Source: Octopus sinensis
Taxonomy: Eukaryota
Length of the DNA: 64,000 bases
Direction of reading: 5' to 3'
Assembly (NCBI RefSeq): GCF_006345805.1
Contig: NW_021833046.1
Coordinates: 1 to 64,000 of the forward strand
The notes beneath the pieces are model-generated. The model did no database searches and had not been told where the DNA came from. It saw only the letters and a program-made list of their open reading frames with translations. Positions 38,359-50,842 of the stretch are shown piece by piece (the stretch's first letter is position 1; each line of letters opens with the position of its first letter). A program made the translations under genes and the position numbers.

Positions 38359-38533
38359 TATTTCTTTAATAGTCCTATTATTTAAGGCAATTATTACGTC
38401 TTCGCCTGACACCAGTTGCTCAGTTCGCTTTACGCCCAGTTTGCTTTACGCTCACTTTGAATAAAAGAAGTATTAGGAAATTACGGAGATGCGAATGACC
38501 TGATCTGAGACCGTGTGCTGGAATGAAAACAAT

Positions 38534-38753
38534 TGCAGCGTGGAAGGTGTCTATAATCCATTTAAGAAACACACAAAAACCGTTAGATTCACTTCAACTT
38601 TTTAATTTAATTTGCCAAAATATTTGAGACCACGACTTGTTCACTGACAAATTTCTGACGAAAATATTTTGGCAAATTAAATTTAAAAGTTGAAGTGAAT
38701 CTAACGGTTTTTGTGTGTTTCTTAAATGGATTATAAACACCTTCCACGCTGCA
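38534..38753. mobile_element. Fold-back element, about 92-bp arms (38534-38625, 38662-38753)
   Basis: TGCAGCGTGGAAGGTGT...CCGTTAGATTCACTTCAAC...GCCAAAATATTT and its reverse complement. Confidence 0.7.
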
Positions 38754-38889
38754 TATTAGGAAATGCTTTGAAAATAAGAAAGGCCAAGGACGAAGACACT
38801 TAACCATGTTTCCCACCAAATTTTTTAAAAACATGAATATTTAAAGCTATATATTTTTTAACCACACACACACACACACGATATTTGTA

Positions 38890-39101
38890 GGTTAATCTCT
38901 AGTTTAAAACCCGATCACAAAAATGAAAAAAAATAGTGTAATAGGTGTTAAATAATGGGTAAATTTTTACCAAATTATGTGTAGTAAACGAAAATTGCAC
39001 GCTAAAGAACGGGCCTTTTTTTCCCCATATTCTTTAACTACACATTATTTAACACCTATTACACTATTTTTTATTTCATTTTTGTAACCTAGAGATTAAC
39101 C
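38890..39101. mobile_element. Palindromic MITE with GGTTAATCTCTAG termini
   Basis: Long imperfect TIRs (AAAATAGTGTAATAGGTGTTAAATAATG and reverse complement); TSD not convincing. Confidence 0.6.
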
Positions 39102-39721
39102 AGTTTTTATTTGGACGGTAAAGAGAGCAATACAAAATCACTCTAGTTCACTATATTTTTCTTTGAATCCTTTCATAAAGACCTCGTCTAGTTTTGTCAC
39201 AATTACTGAATAAGTTTAGAAAACTAATCAGTTACCACCTTTGTGGATAAAAAGGAATTGTTTACTGTAGCAGGAATATTCAGTTAACGCCGATATCACA
39301 GGTCACTAGAATATTGCCCACATAATCAACAAAACCTGACCAATCATGATTTTGTGTCGAATAGTCTCCCACAATGATTTTTTTATTTTGGCGCGCTTTC
39401 TTCTGAGCCTATTGACTAGTATAAATTCAGTACATTGTGACTACTGGACTGAGAGCTTTGGGCTGTGATAGAGAGAGCATTGACAGACATACACACACAG
39501 CTGACAGCACCAAGGCAGTGAACAGTCAGTGGATGAACAACACTAGAAATCAACTGCACGCAAGCACTAACCACACTTTATCTGCCAGAACTACATCAAA
39601 CACAAAAAGTCTCTCAATGTTTTGTCATTCATAGTAACAACAACTATCATATGTACACAATAAATTGTTGTTTATCAAAATCTCAACAGACTCCAGTGTT
39701 CCTTTCCATACATTACTTTAA

Positions 39722-39930
39722 CCCTTTAGCGTTCAGATTATTCAATCAAACATAATGCCTATTGATTCCCATTGATTTGAATTAATCATGCATTATCTCA
39801 TATCTTCAAGATGTTGATGGTGTAATTATTTAATGTAGAATAACATTGTAGGGTAGGTGTGAGAGCCTGGATCTGGTCAGTTTGAACATAAAACAGATTA
39901 GCTATTTTGGCTGGTTTAAATACTAAAGGG
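39722..39930. mobile_element. piggyBac-type MITE
   Basis: TTAA|CCCTTTAG...CTAAAGGG|TTAA. Confidence 0.75.
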
Positions 39931-40070
39931 TTAAAAGTCCATCATTTCAAAAACGTTGGTAAGAGTTGAAAAAAAGAAAGAAAAGAAACATTTTACAGAA
40001 TTAGAAGAGATTGTCACAGCAATGCTATGTTATTTGCATTATAAATTTCTCATTCATGGGAAGTGTGAGA

Positions 40071-40398
40071 CAGTATGGTGAACAAACTGTTGTCTAAATT
40101 ATGCAAAGACGAAAATAACACTGACATCTCATTTTGGCAGATCTATTTACCAGCATTACATAAAAAAAATATCTTGAAATACTAAAGAGTAAATGTATTC
40201 AATAAAATCACCATTGGCTTCAACCATAGCCTCCAGACAACTTTGGAATCTCCTGCAACTCTTCTGGATGGTCTCCTTGTTTAGGTTGGTGAATACTGCC
40301 ATAATCCTTGCCTTCAGTTCATCTTTGATTTTTACTTGAGTACAAATATGATAGAGATAACTCGTGATACCTGCTTAGGAATGGCTCACTGGCACCGT
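40071..40398 (-). mobile_element. Internally deleted maT remnant (related to 43795-44615)
   Basis: Shared end and CATTGGCTTCAACCA..GCCTCCA.ACAACTTTGGAATCTCCTGCA block. Confidence 0.65.
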
Positions 40399-41172
40399 AC
40401 ATTTCATATCATCAGCATCGTCATCATTTAACACCCATTTTCCATGCTGGTGTGGGTTGGATGGTTTGAACAAAGCTGGTAAGCTGGAGGGCTGCACTAA
40501 GCTTCAGTTGTCTGTTTTGGCATAATTTCTATGGCTAGATGCACTTACTAATCCAACCACTCCACAGAGTGTACTAGGTGCTTTTTACATGGTACCCTTT
40601 TCTTGTGGTGCCAGCTCAAGTGCTCTTTTATGTGGTGCTGGCATGTGTGCTATTTTACAAGGTACCAGCATTGGTGCTTTTTAAGTTGCACCAACACGGG
40701 TGCTTTTTACATGGCACCAGCACATAAATTTATGTGTGTATAAGCTCAGTGATGGCTTTGTAGTAAGAAGTTTCCTTCTCAACCATATGGTTCTAGGTTC
40801 AGTCCCATGCATGGCATCTTGAGCAGATGTCGTTTACAATAGACCTGGGATGACCAAAGCCTTGTGAATGGACTTGGTAGATGACAACTGAAAGAAACCA
40901 GTGGTATGTGTAAATATATATTTTTATATATGTTTGTGTTTGTCCCCCATTATTGCTTGACAACTGGTGTTTGTTTACTTTCCAGTAACTTAACAGTTCT
41001 GCAAGAAAGACTGATAGAATAAGTACCAGTCTTAAAATGGAGAGCAAGAAAAAAGACTACTGGGGTTCATTTGTTCAATCAAAACATTTAAAAGCAGTAC
41101 CTTGATGTGACTGCAATCCAATGATTAAAACCAGTAAAAGATAAAAAGGTATACATATATATATAATATACA

Positions 41173-41900
41173 TGAGGGAGTACTGAAAAGTTCCTGGCTT
41201 TAAGAATATTGTGAAAGGCCTGGGTGAAGGCCCAACCTTCTGAGTTCTATTACAGGGCTTAGAAGAACTGAAGGATGACTGCAATAAGTGTGTGAATCTG
41301 AGAAGGGTATATCTATATATATAAAACTGTAGTTGTGTGAGTGTCTGTCCCCTTCGATTTAGATTCCTAACTACTCCCACATTTTGCGGTGCAGTTTAAC
41401 CAAATTCAGGTATCTTATAGTCGTGATTAATATCGAGCCCGTCTGGGTATTAGCGCGCGTCTACTATGAGTCTACGATTTAAAAAATAATTTAACATCAT
41501 TTTTTATTCCATTTTAATGCATAATTTTTCGTGTGTCGATGGCGGCAGAGTTGGCGTCCATGGTCACACCTGCACCTGTTTGCTTCTCCCCCTTCTTCCC
41601 TCCCTCTTGAAGCTGTGGGGAAGGGAGTGTAAGGAAATCAACGTCGTAAAGCGTTGTCAAGGAGACCAGCGTTCTTTTAGAACAACGACTTCATGGCTTG
41701 AAGACACCAAAACAGAAATGGCTAAGAAAGCCCGAATTGGCATCTATAAGGGAAGTAACTCTCTATAAATGCTTATATAGTTATTTCCCTTACAAACCCG
41801 AGCAACGCCGGGCGATACTGCTAGTATTGAATAAAATCATAATTGACTGATCCTCCTGTATTTCATTTACCCAAAGCTAGGGATTTTTCAGCACGCACCC
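41173..41900 (+). mobile_element. Mariner-derived MITE interrupted by a Helitron
   Basis: Ends GAGGGAGTACTGAAAAGTTCCTGGCTTT and AAAGCTAGGGATTTTTCAGCACGCACCC; the mariner C-terminal-like LEELKDDCNKCVNLR..YIE* is split by the Helitron. Confidence 0.6.
41312..41824 (+). mobile_element. Non-autonomous Helitron, full length (513 bp)
   Basis: A|TCTATATATATAAAA...CCCG-agcaacgc-CGGG...CTAG|T. Confidence 0.85.
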
Positions 41901-42437
41901 TATATGTATTTACAAAACTAGAGTACAGTTCACATATCAGCCACAGTTATGAATATTTAATGTAATTTGTGTATCATATGATCACTGTATGGTGAATATT
42001 CTAGTTTTGTAAAAAATGTGATTCAAAGCAATAAAAAAACTTTGTGATGTTAGATTTAGTTGCCAGACTGGTTAGGGTGAGCTGCCAGATGAAAACTTTT
42101 CTAAACATTTGATGGGAACAGCCATAAACACTCACTCGTGGTTGCAATATTACCAGGTTCCATAATTTAGTTCAACTTCAGCAACAAAAGACATTCTCGG
42201 TTACATAATGCTGTGTATCCAGCAACATTATAAAGAAGGTGTAAAAAAAAAAAAGAGCAACCAGATTGGTAGCTGTTGATAGGTCAAATAACAATGGGAA
42301 TTGTTAAAAACCACTTCATGAACAATGAGAGGAATAAATATTTGCAACAAAAATTCAATTGAAAAAATGTTTATGAAATATAATATTTGTTTAAAAACTT
42401 TATCTTTTTAATACTTTCCTGTCAGTAGCAAAGTGTT

Positions 42438-42914
42438 CATCATCATCATCATCATCAGCATCGTTTAACGTCCGTTCTCCATGCTAGCATGGGTTGGATG
42501 GTTCGACCGGGGATCTGGGAAGCCAGAAGGCTGCACCAGGCTCCAGTCTTATCTGGCAGTGTTTCTACAGCTGGATGCCCTTCCTAACGCCAACCACTCC
42601 GTGAGTGTAGTGGGTGCTTTTTACGTGCCACCTGCACAGGTGCCAGGCAAGGCTGGCAACGGCCACGGTCGGATTGGTGTATTTTACGTGCCACCGGCAC
42701 GGAAGCCAGTCGAGACGGCGCTGGCATCGGCCACGAGTCGGATAGTGCTTTTTACGTACCACCAGGCCAGGGATCCTGGCTGGTTCAATTCGATTTCGAT
42801 TTCGATTTCGCTTGCCCCAACATGTCTTCGCAAGCAAAGGGGGTTGGCATGGGTGCCTGTCGTCGGATGAGGTTCTATATCGACTTCGCTTGCCTCAACA
42901 GGTCTTTGTGTCCA
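42438..42914 (-). mobile_element. (GAT)n-tailed retroposon (RTE-like 3' end, family E); near-identical copy at 56545-57013
   Basis: CATCAT tail, GGATGCCCTTCCTAACGCCAACC core, about 50-bp GTGCTTTTTACGTGCCACC subrepeats. Other copies: 17225-17420, 22760-23083, 29000-29300, 48275-48565, 54700-55135, 55860-56112, 60060-60365. Confidence 0.75.
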
Positions 42915-43794
42915 AGGGAGGAAAGGCATGCATAAGTGGGCTGGGCTCACTTGTCCTGTCTGGTCTTTTCACGTACAGCATATTTATATTTAAAAAAATA
43001 GGAAAATCTCATGCTAACATAAGTGATATATTGAGACATCAGTTAATCAACACAAGCATAGCTGTCTTCATCGTTGTTGTTATTATAGTTATCATCATCA
43101 TCATCATCAACACCATCGTCATGTCCACTTTCCTGTGCTCAGACAGGTTCAGTGAAATTTGTCAAGTTGGATGTTCTACAGCCAGATACCCTACCTGTAA
43201 TCAACCCTCACCTGTTTCGAGTAAAAAGTAATATTCTCTGATGACCAGACATGTTTTCACGTAAGATTAGAAATGAAGGATTATTTGCATGAGAGGGATT
43301 CTCATTAACAATGATCACATGATGTGTATCAAGGCAAAGAGAGTAACAAGCACACACACACACACAACACACACACCACCTGTTCTGGCATTGTGATTAT
43401 ATATATATATGTGTGTGTGTGTGTAGGTGCATGGCTCAGTGGTTAGAGTGTTGAGCTTACGATCGTGAGGTTGTCAGTTCGATTCCTGGACCGGGCTGCG
43501 TGTTGTGTTCTTGAGCAAGACACTCTATTTTACGTTGTTCCGGTTAACTTAGCTGTAGAAATGAGTTACGACATCACAGGTGCCAAGCTGTATCGGCCCC
43601 TTTGCCTTTCACTTGGATAACATCAGTGGTGCAGAGAGGGGAGGCTGGTATGCATGGGCGACTGCTGGCCATCCACAAACAACCTTGCCCGGACTTATGC
43701 CTGGGAGGGTAACTTTCTAGGTGCAATCCCATGATCATTCATGACCAAAGGGGGTCTCCATATATATACATGTATATATATTTACATATACACA

Positions 43795-44615
43795 CAGGAT
43801 GGGGTGAATAAACTATCGTCTAAATTATGCAAAGAAGCAAATAACACTTACATCTCATTTTAACAGATATATTTACCAAAATTACATAAAAATATCTCTA
43901 AGTACTAAAAAGTAAATTTATTCAATAAAATCGCCATTGGCTTCAACCACAGCCTCCAAACAACTTTGGAATCTCCTGCAGCTCTTCTCGACAGTCTCTT
44001 GGTGAATGCTGCCATAATCTTTGCCTTCAGTTCATCTTTGGTGTTACAAAGAGTTTTGTTGGTCTCTCGCTCAACTGCGTCCCACATATAATAATCAAGG
44101 GGATTGCAGTTTGGGGAGTTAGGTGGCCAGATGTTAGGGGTGATGTGGTCGCAGAAATTGTCTGACAGCCATGACTGGGTTCTCTCGCTTCTGTCGCAGG
44201 GTGCAGAATCCTTTTGTCAGACCTAGGGGCTTCCATCAGCCACCCTCTTGAGCCTGGGCAGCACTACCTCTTTCAGGCACTTAAAGTAGGCCTCTGTGTT
44301 GAGTGTGAGGCCGTGTGGGAAGATCAATGGAGGCAAAACCTCACAATCACTAGTGATCACTCCAAACATAATGATGTTGACTGGATGTTTGAATTTTATC
44401 ACTCTTGGTACATGACTTCAGAGCAACACACTGATACTCTGAAGTGGTCATATTGGAGCTTCTGGCATGAATACCAAGCAGTACGAGGTGTTTTTCTCAC
44501 AGACGGTGCCCAACTGACCCTACTATACTGTGTAGTCAACAAAATCAAAAACAAACTATGTGCATGCGCAAAATAAAAAAATATAAAATGGAAACAACTT
44601 ACACATCACACCCTG
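43795..44615 (-). mobile_element. maT (DD37D) deletion derivative with an intact catalytic segment
   Basis: Minus frame QKDSAPCDRSERTQSWLSDNFCDHITPNIWPPNSPNCNPLDYYMW has exactly 37 residues between the Asp residues; CAGG...CCTG ends. Confidence 0.8.
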
Positions 44616-44660
<45 letters not shown>

Positions 44661-45163
44661 GTTGGGCTGCTTGCAGTTTATGTCAACTTTATCCTCCACT
44701 CAGAAAGCTTTGATTGGCTCGGGGCTATAGTAGAAGACATTTGCCTGAGGCATCATGCAGTGATACTGACCCTAGAACCATGTGGTTGGGAAGCAAACTT
44801 CTTACCACATGACTATGCTTGTACTAATATATATATAGGGAGAGTTTACGAAAAAACAAAAGACGAAGACAGGTGGTGTAGAAAACAAACAGATGTATTA
44901 GTATAACGCTCAGGAATAGAAAAAGTCTTTTACCTTTCAAGCCTACACTCTTCTACAGAAAGGGACACAGAAAAAACAAGGAGAGAAAAAAATGTGTATA
45001 GTGGCTAATACATATACACACACATATATATAAATACAGAGAGAGAGAGAGAGCAATATATGAAGTTGCCGAAATTTTACTATAGAATGTTGATAATTTT
45101 GACAATGAATTCTAAGACATGTTTAGTCACGAAATGACCTAAATCCATGATGTTTTGAAAGTA

Positions 45164-45395
45164 TGAGGGTCACCTGAAAAGTTCATAAGCTGACCATGAT
45201 ACTCTCATGGAATGTCACCAAATTGGGTTTGCTTTTCAACATAGCCTCCTCTGCAGTCCACACACTTCTCCCATTAGTGTTGTAGTGCTTGGTACCCATT
45301 GGTAAGTACCTTTTGTCCTGTTGGTCAAAAAATTTGCTAACAACAGATATGACATCATCATCACTGCGATACTGGTTCATAAACAAGTGTTGTTT
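45164..45395 (-). mobile_element. Mariner 3' remnant
   Basis: TA|TGAGGGTCACCTGAAAAGTT terminus; DDDVISVVSKFFDQQDK C-terminal mariner-like peptide. Confidence 0.65.
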
Positions 45396-45426
45396 TTTGG
45401 GGGTTTTTTTTTCAGTGTTTAGAAAT

Positions 45427-45700
45427 AAAAAGAGAAATAGCATTTACAAAACAGCTACAAGGGCAGGCTGAAAAGTTGATAGGTTGATTAAGTGCTTTCA
45501 ATGACTGCTGCGCATGACTGGGATTTGAACAGTTGATGGGACCAAATCAGGAGGGTAGGGAGTGGGGCGTTCAACAAGTTCAAATCAATGTCATGCACAG
45601 CAGTCATTGAAAGCAAGGACGTGTGTGCTGGATCACATAATCAACCTATGAACTTTTCAGCCTGCCCTTGTAGTTGTTTTGTAAATGGTATCTCTTTTTA
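45427..45700. mobile_element. Mariner-derived fold-back MITE
   Basis: TACAAGGGCAGGCTGAAAAGTT/AACTTTTCAGCCTGCCCTTGTA plus inner GCTTTCAATGACTGCTG/CAGCAGTCATTGAAAGC inverted pairs. Confidence 0.65.
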
Positions 45701-45704
45701 ATTC

Positions 45705-46768
45705 AAGGTGGTGTGACGAAAGATTTCAGACAAAGGACACTAAAATAAGAACAATAATAAAACTGAAGTGATGACCAAGTGCATGGTGTGTGTGGTTAAT
45801 TGGTAAAAATATGACCATCCCCAAATATAACAATAACTTTGTCATTTTTAAGCTGGTATAAGGTGGAGAGCTGGCAGAATCGTTAGCATATTGAGAGTGG
45901 CAAACAGAGACAGGTATTGTAATGTCCATTCTTTAACCACTTTTGCTACAGTATTTATGTAGCTTTTGTTTCAATGAATTTTTGAAATAATGAAGAATTT
46001 AGTTAAATAGCTAAATAAACGACATGGGTACATACAGTGTAATAAGCAAACCTATACACACACACAAATGGATGTGCAGGTTAAGGATACACGTCACAGA
46101 CAGAGAGGATGGACTAAACATCGGCATAGGAGTGGTAAGTAGCCTGCTTACCAACCACATGGTTCTGGGTTCAGTCCCACTGCATGGCACCTTGGGCAAG
46201 TGTCTTCTACTATAGCCTCGGGCTGACCAAAGCCTTGTGAGTGGATTTGGTAGACGGAAACAGAAAGAAGCCCTTCGTATATATATATATATATGTATGT
46301 GTGCATGTATACGTTTGTGTGACTGTGTTTGTCTCACCAACATTGCTTGACAATCGATGCTGGTGTGTATACGTCCCCCGTAACTTAGCGGTTCGGCAAA
46401 AGAGATCGATAGAATACGTACTAGGCTTACAAAGAATAAGTCCTGGGGTCGATTTGCTTGACTAAAGGCGGTGCTCCAGCATGGCCACAGTCAAAATGAC
46501 TGAAACAATAAAAGAGTAAAAGAGAAAAAGAGTAAACAGAACAGGAGACACATGGGATGGAGAGCTACTGAAGAGGTCAAAGGTGGTGTGACGAAAGATT
46601 TCAGACAAAGGACACTAAAATAAGAACAATAATAAAACTGAAGTGATGACCAAGTGCATGGTGTGTGTGGTTAATTGGTAAAAATATGACCATCCCCTAA
46701 TATAACAATAACTTTGTCATTTTTAAGCTGGTATAAGGTGGAGATCTGGCAGAATCGTTAGCATATTG
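45705..46768 (+). repeat. Local direct duplication of about 189 bp (45705-45893, 46580-46768)
   Basis: Three differences between copies by eye. Confidence 0.9.
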
Positions 46769-47783
46769 GGCGAAACACTTAGTAGTATTTTGTCTGTCTT
46801 CATATTCTGATTTCAAATTCCGCCAAGGTCAACTTTGCCTTTTATCCTTTTGGGATCAATAAATTAAGTACCAGTTATGCACTGGGTTGATGTAATCGAC
46901 TTATCCCCTTCTCCCAAATTTCAGGCCTTGTGCCTATAGTAGAAAGGATTATTAAGCTGATATGGCAGTGAGCTGGAAAATACATTTGCACACCAGGCGA
47001 AATGCTTAGCGGTTTTTCATCTGTCTTTATATTCTAAGTTCAAATTCCACCAAGGTTGACTTTGCCTTTCATACTTAAATAAAGTACCAGTTGTGTATAG
47101 GGGTCGATCTAATTGACTGGCTTCCTCCCCCAAAATTCCAGACCTTGTGCCTTGAGTAAAAAAGATTATTAATCTGGTATTTAAAAATTAGATTAACAGG
47201 AAATTTTGATGGAGGTATTTAATTTCAATCACTTCATAGCAAGAAGTCTCTGAGATAGAACAGTTTCAGACAGGTTGGTATCAAATGGATTAAGAGAACA
47301 ATATGATGACTTCAGAATAGTTTAAAAATTGGACAAATTTGTATGGAATCCAGTATTTTAATATAAAAATAACTGCAACAGTTTAGGTTTAAGATATTCC
47401 AAGAAGTGCAATCTGAAATACTGGAACTAGGAATTTAGATACGGCTGTGTGGTAAGATATTTGCTTCCCAACCATATGGTTCTAGGTTCAGTGCCTTTGC
47501 ATGGTACCTTGGGATAGTGTCTTCCACTATAGCCTCAGGCTGTTGAGTGTGTGATAATGTCTTTTTGCCTTGGTACTCTTTTACTTGTTTCAGTCATTTG
47601 ACTGTGGCCATGCTGGAGCACCGCCTTTAGTCGAGCAAATCGACCCCAGGGCTTATTTTTTTGTAAGCCTAGTACTTATTCTATCGGTCTCTTTTGCTGA
47701 ACCGCTAAGTTACGGGGATGTAAACACACCACCATCGGTTGTCAAGCGATGTTGCGGGGACAAACACAGACACACAAACATAT

Positions 47784-47844
<61 letters not shown>

Positions 47845-49577
47845 TAAGACGGGCTTCTTTCAGTTTCCATCTACCAAATCCACTCACAAGGCTTTGGTCG
47901 ATCCGAGGCTATAGTAGAAGACACTTGCCCAAGGTGCCACGCAGTGGGACTGAACCCAGAACCATGTGGTTGGTAAGCAAGCTACTTACCTCACAGCCAC
48001 TCCTGCATCTTTGTATGATAGTAGTAAATGAGCATCATCTTCATGATGCAAGCATTGTCCCTTGTTTCTAATCTTCCATGAAAGCAAGTCTGATCTTGGG
48101 GAAATATCACCTTATTTGGGAACAGATGAGGGTTAGTAGCAAGAAGGGCATTTGGCTATTGGAAAGCTACATCAACAAATTCTGTCCAAACCATGCACAC
48201 ATGGAAAAGTGGATGCTAAAACACTAATGACAACAACGATGATGATGTTGATGCTGTTAAATTAATGTTAATGAAACCGTTGCCAGTGCCGCTTTGGCTG
48301 GCTTCCGTGCCGGTGGCACATTAAAAGCTCCAACCGATCATGGCCGATGCCATCCCCGTTTGGCACCTGTGCAGGTGGCACGTAAAAAGCACCCACTACA
48401 CTCGCAGAGTGGCTGGCGTTAGGAAGGGCATCAAGCTGTAGAAACTCTGCCAGATCAGACTGGAGCCTGGTGCAGCCCCTGGCTTCCCAGGTCCCGGTCG
48501 AACCATCCAACTCGTGCTAGCGTGGAAAACAGACGTTAAACGATGATGATGATGATGATGATGAAACTAACGATACATGCATAGTTCCTTTTATTTATTT
48601 TTGAAGTTTGTTAAAATACTAAAGATAAATCATGTTCTATTTCTTTCTTTAAATTTGTTTTGTAAACAAGCAAAATCTGGCTGACCTAGATATGTTCAAG
48701 GTCATTCAGTTGATATAAATCAGTTGATTACTGAAATCTTTGTTAAAATTCAGTGTTAAACCTATTGTCATTATTATTATTTTTTTATGTTTGACTTTTG
48801 CTTTACATTTGTACAAGTTGGCTCCAAGTCTCACCCAGAGACCTCAAGAGACAACAAGTTAGAAGTTCATGTTGGTGTTATGCCTAGGGTGCCATATATT
48901 TGGTTTTGTACATAGTATTGTTCTAGAGAATGTTTAAGAAACCATAAGAAAATTATGTGTTTGTTTTAAAACTTGAAATTACATAGAAAGTATTTTGCAT
49001 AGGATATGAGCAGTTCCCATGAGCACTATCTTTTGAATTTCTGTCATTTTGGGGTTTCCTGGTATCTGAGCTAGGTAGCAATCAGCCCCTTTTGCTATCA
49101 TTCCCAGGGCACCTATGACAACAGGTATTGTTTTAGTCTTCAGGTTCCACATTTTGCTAATTTCTATTTCAAGATCTTTATATTTGCTCAGTGATAAAAA
49201 TTTAAAATTATAGAAATTCAGATCTAAAATATAAACGAGAGCAACCAGTGTCCATGCATTGATGGAATGACATCATCAGTCTTCAAGTTTCAGTTTTATA
49301 ACTGGCAAAAAAAAAAGACAGAAAAAAAGTGAAAAAAAAATAAGGAAAGCAAACAAAAAAGAAGAATACTTAATCAAACAGTTTTGTGTAAATTTGATGA
49401 AATTCTCCTGTCATTTTATTCATTCCTCCAGGGCATCATGTTAACCCACTAGCATACTTCTCCTCATGCATTTTGCATATTGAAAGTGTATCAGATTCAG
49501 AAATTTTTTTTCTGAGAATTGCACTTTCAAGTCTTTTTCAAAATTGCAGCTGTATGGACTTGCATATGAAATGGACA

Positions 49578-49612
<35 letters not shown>

Positions 49613-49779
49613 AAGAGAAAGTGAGAGAGAAAGAGTGTGCCACTTACACATACAGAAGAACACATGGATTCACTCACACACTCCCTCTCTCTCTCTCTCA
49701 CACGCACACACACATACATAGACACGTACATGCAAAGAAGATTGTAAATCTGATCAATGTAATATGTTTAATTTTTCAG

Positions 49780-49887
49780 ACATGTATGTCCGTGACCTGG
49801 AATCCAAAATCACATCAGGGACGGCAGAACCTGAAATTGTAAATGAAACTCCAGCAACAGCATTGGTTGAAGGAAACAATATTCTTG
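49780..49887 (+). CDS. Ldh_2-family oxidoreductase, exon 2 (DMYVRDLESKITSGTAEPEIVNETPATALVEGNNILG)
   Basis: Acceptor TTTTTCAG at 49779, donor GTTGGT at 49888; phase 1 joins exon 1; ETPATALVxGNNxLG motif. Confidence 0.88.
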
Positions 49888-50761
49888 GTTGGTTTTACTT
49901 ATTTTTCATTTTTTTTTGTGTGTGTTTCCGTCTGGTAATTTGGGAAAGCCATTGCTACTACTACTACTACTACTACTGTCATTCATCATCATCAACATCA
50001 TCATCATCATCACTATCATCGTCATTCACTATCAGCCGCATCCCTATATCACATCTAACACATGTATTACACCCTCGCTCTTATCAAGACAATGAACACT
50101 GTCGTTGGTACCGTCATCATCATTAGCATCATTGTCATCATTAGCATCATTATCAATCATTATCATCACCACCACCCTCATCATCATCATCACCATCATC
50201 ATCACCACCACCACCACCACCACCACCACCATCACCACCGTCACCATCAGTTTTATGTCTATGATGGGGCAACAAATTGTCCTTGCACTTTTTTTTTCTT
50301 AAGTCTCACATTTAATCTATGGAAACTGAACTGCTAAGTTATAAGGGCATAAACAAACCAATACTGGTTGTCAAGTGGTGAAGGCAACAAACACTAAGTT
50401 ACACATACATACATACACACCCACATACATATGCACACACACATACATACATAGCCACAGATTCTGTCTCCTAAATTCACTCACCTTGAGGTTATGATAG
50501 AGGATACTTGCCCAAGGTGCTACGTAGTGGGACTGAACTCAAAACCATGTGACTGCAAAACAAGCTTCTTGACCCCTCAACCACACCTGAGCCAATCCAA
50601 ACAAAAACAAAACACGGTGCTTTTGATAAAATAATTGAAATTGTTTATATGAGAAAAAGGTTTGTTTTTTAAAAATAAATTATTATAAATAATTTTGATA
50701 ATTCTTTACTAATTTTGTTTTGTTTGTATATAAATTCTGGCATTAAAATCTTTGTTGGCAG

Positions 50762-50842
50762 GTCCTGTGGTTGGAAAATTTTGCATTGATTTGGCTATTA
50801 AAAAGGCGAAAGAAGTTGGTGTCGGTTGGGTTTGTGCTTCAG
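50762..50842 (+). CDS. Ldh_2-family oxidoreductase, exon 3 (GPVVGKFCIDLAIKKAKEVGVGWVCAS)
   Basis: Acceptor GGCAG at 50761, donor GTAATA at 50843; AIxKAKxxGVGWV motif; frame continuous. Confidence 0.88.

Noticed and set aside
42610-42770. Regularly spaced GTGCTTTTTACGTGCCACC repeats resembling a CRISPR array
   Set aside because: Eukaryotic context, no cas genes, and the spacers are mutually similar; these are internal subrepeats of a retroposon.
42840-42905. CTGTTGA-GGCAAGC-GAAG motif in family-E retroposons as a hammerhead
   Set aside because: Two core positions are non-canonical and there is no convincing cleavage triplet or helix I.
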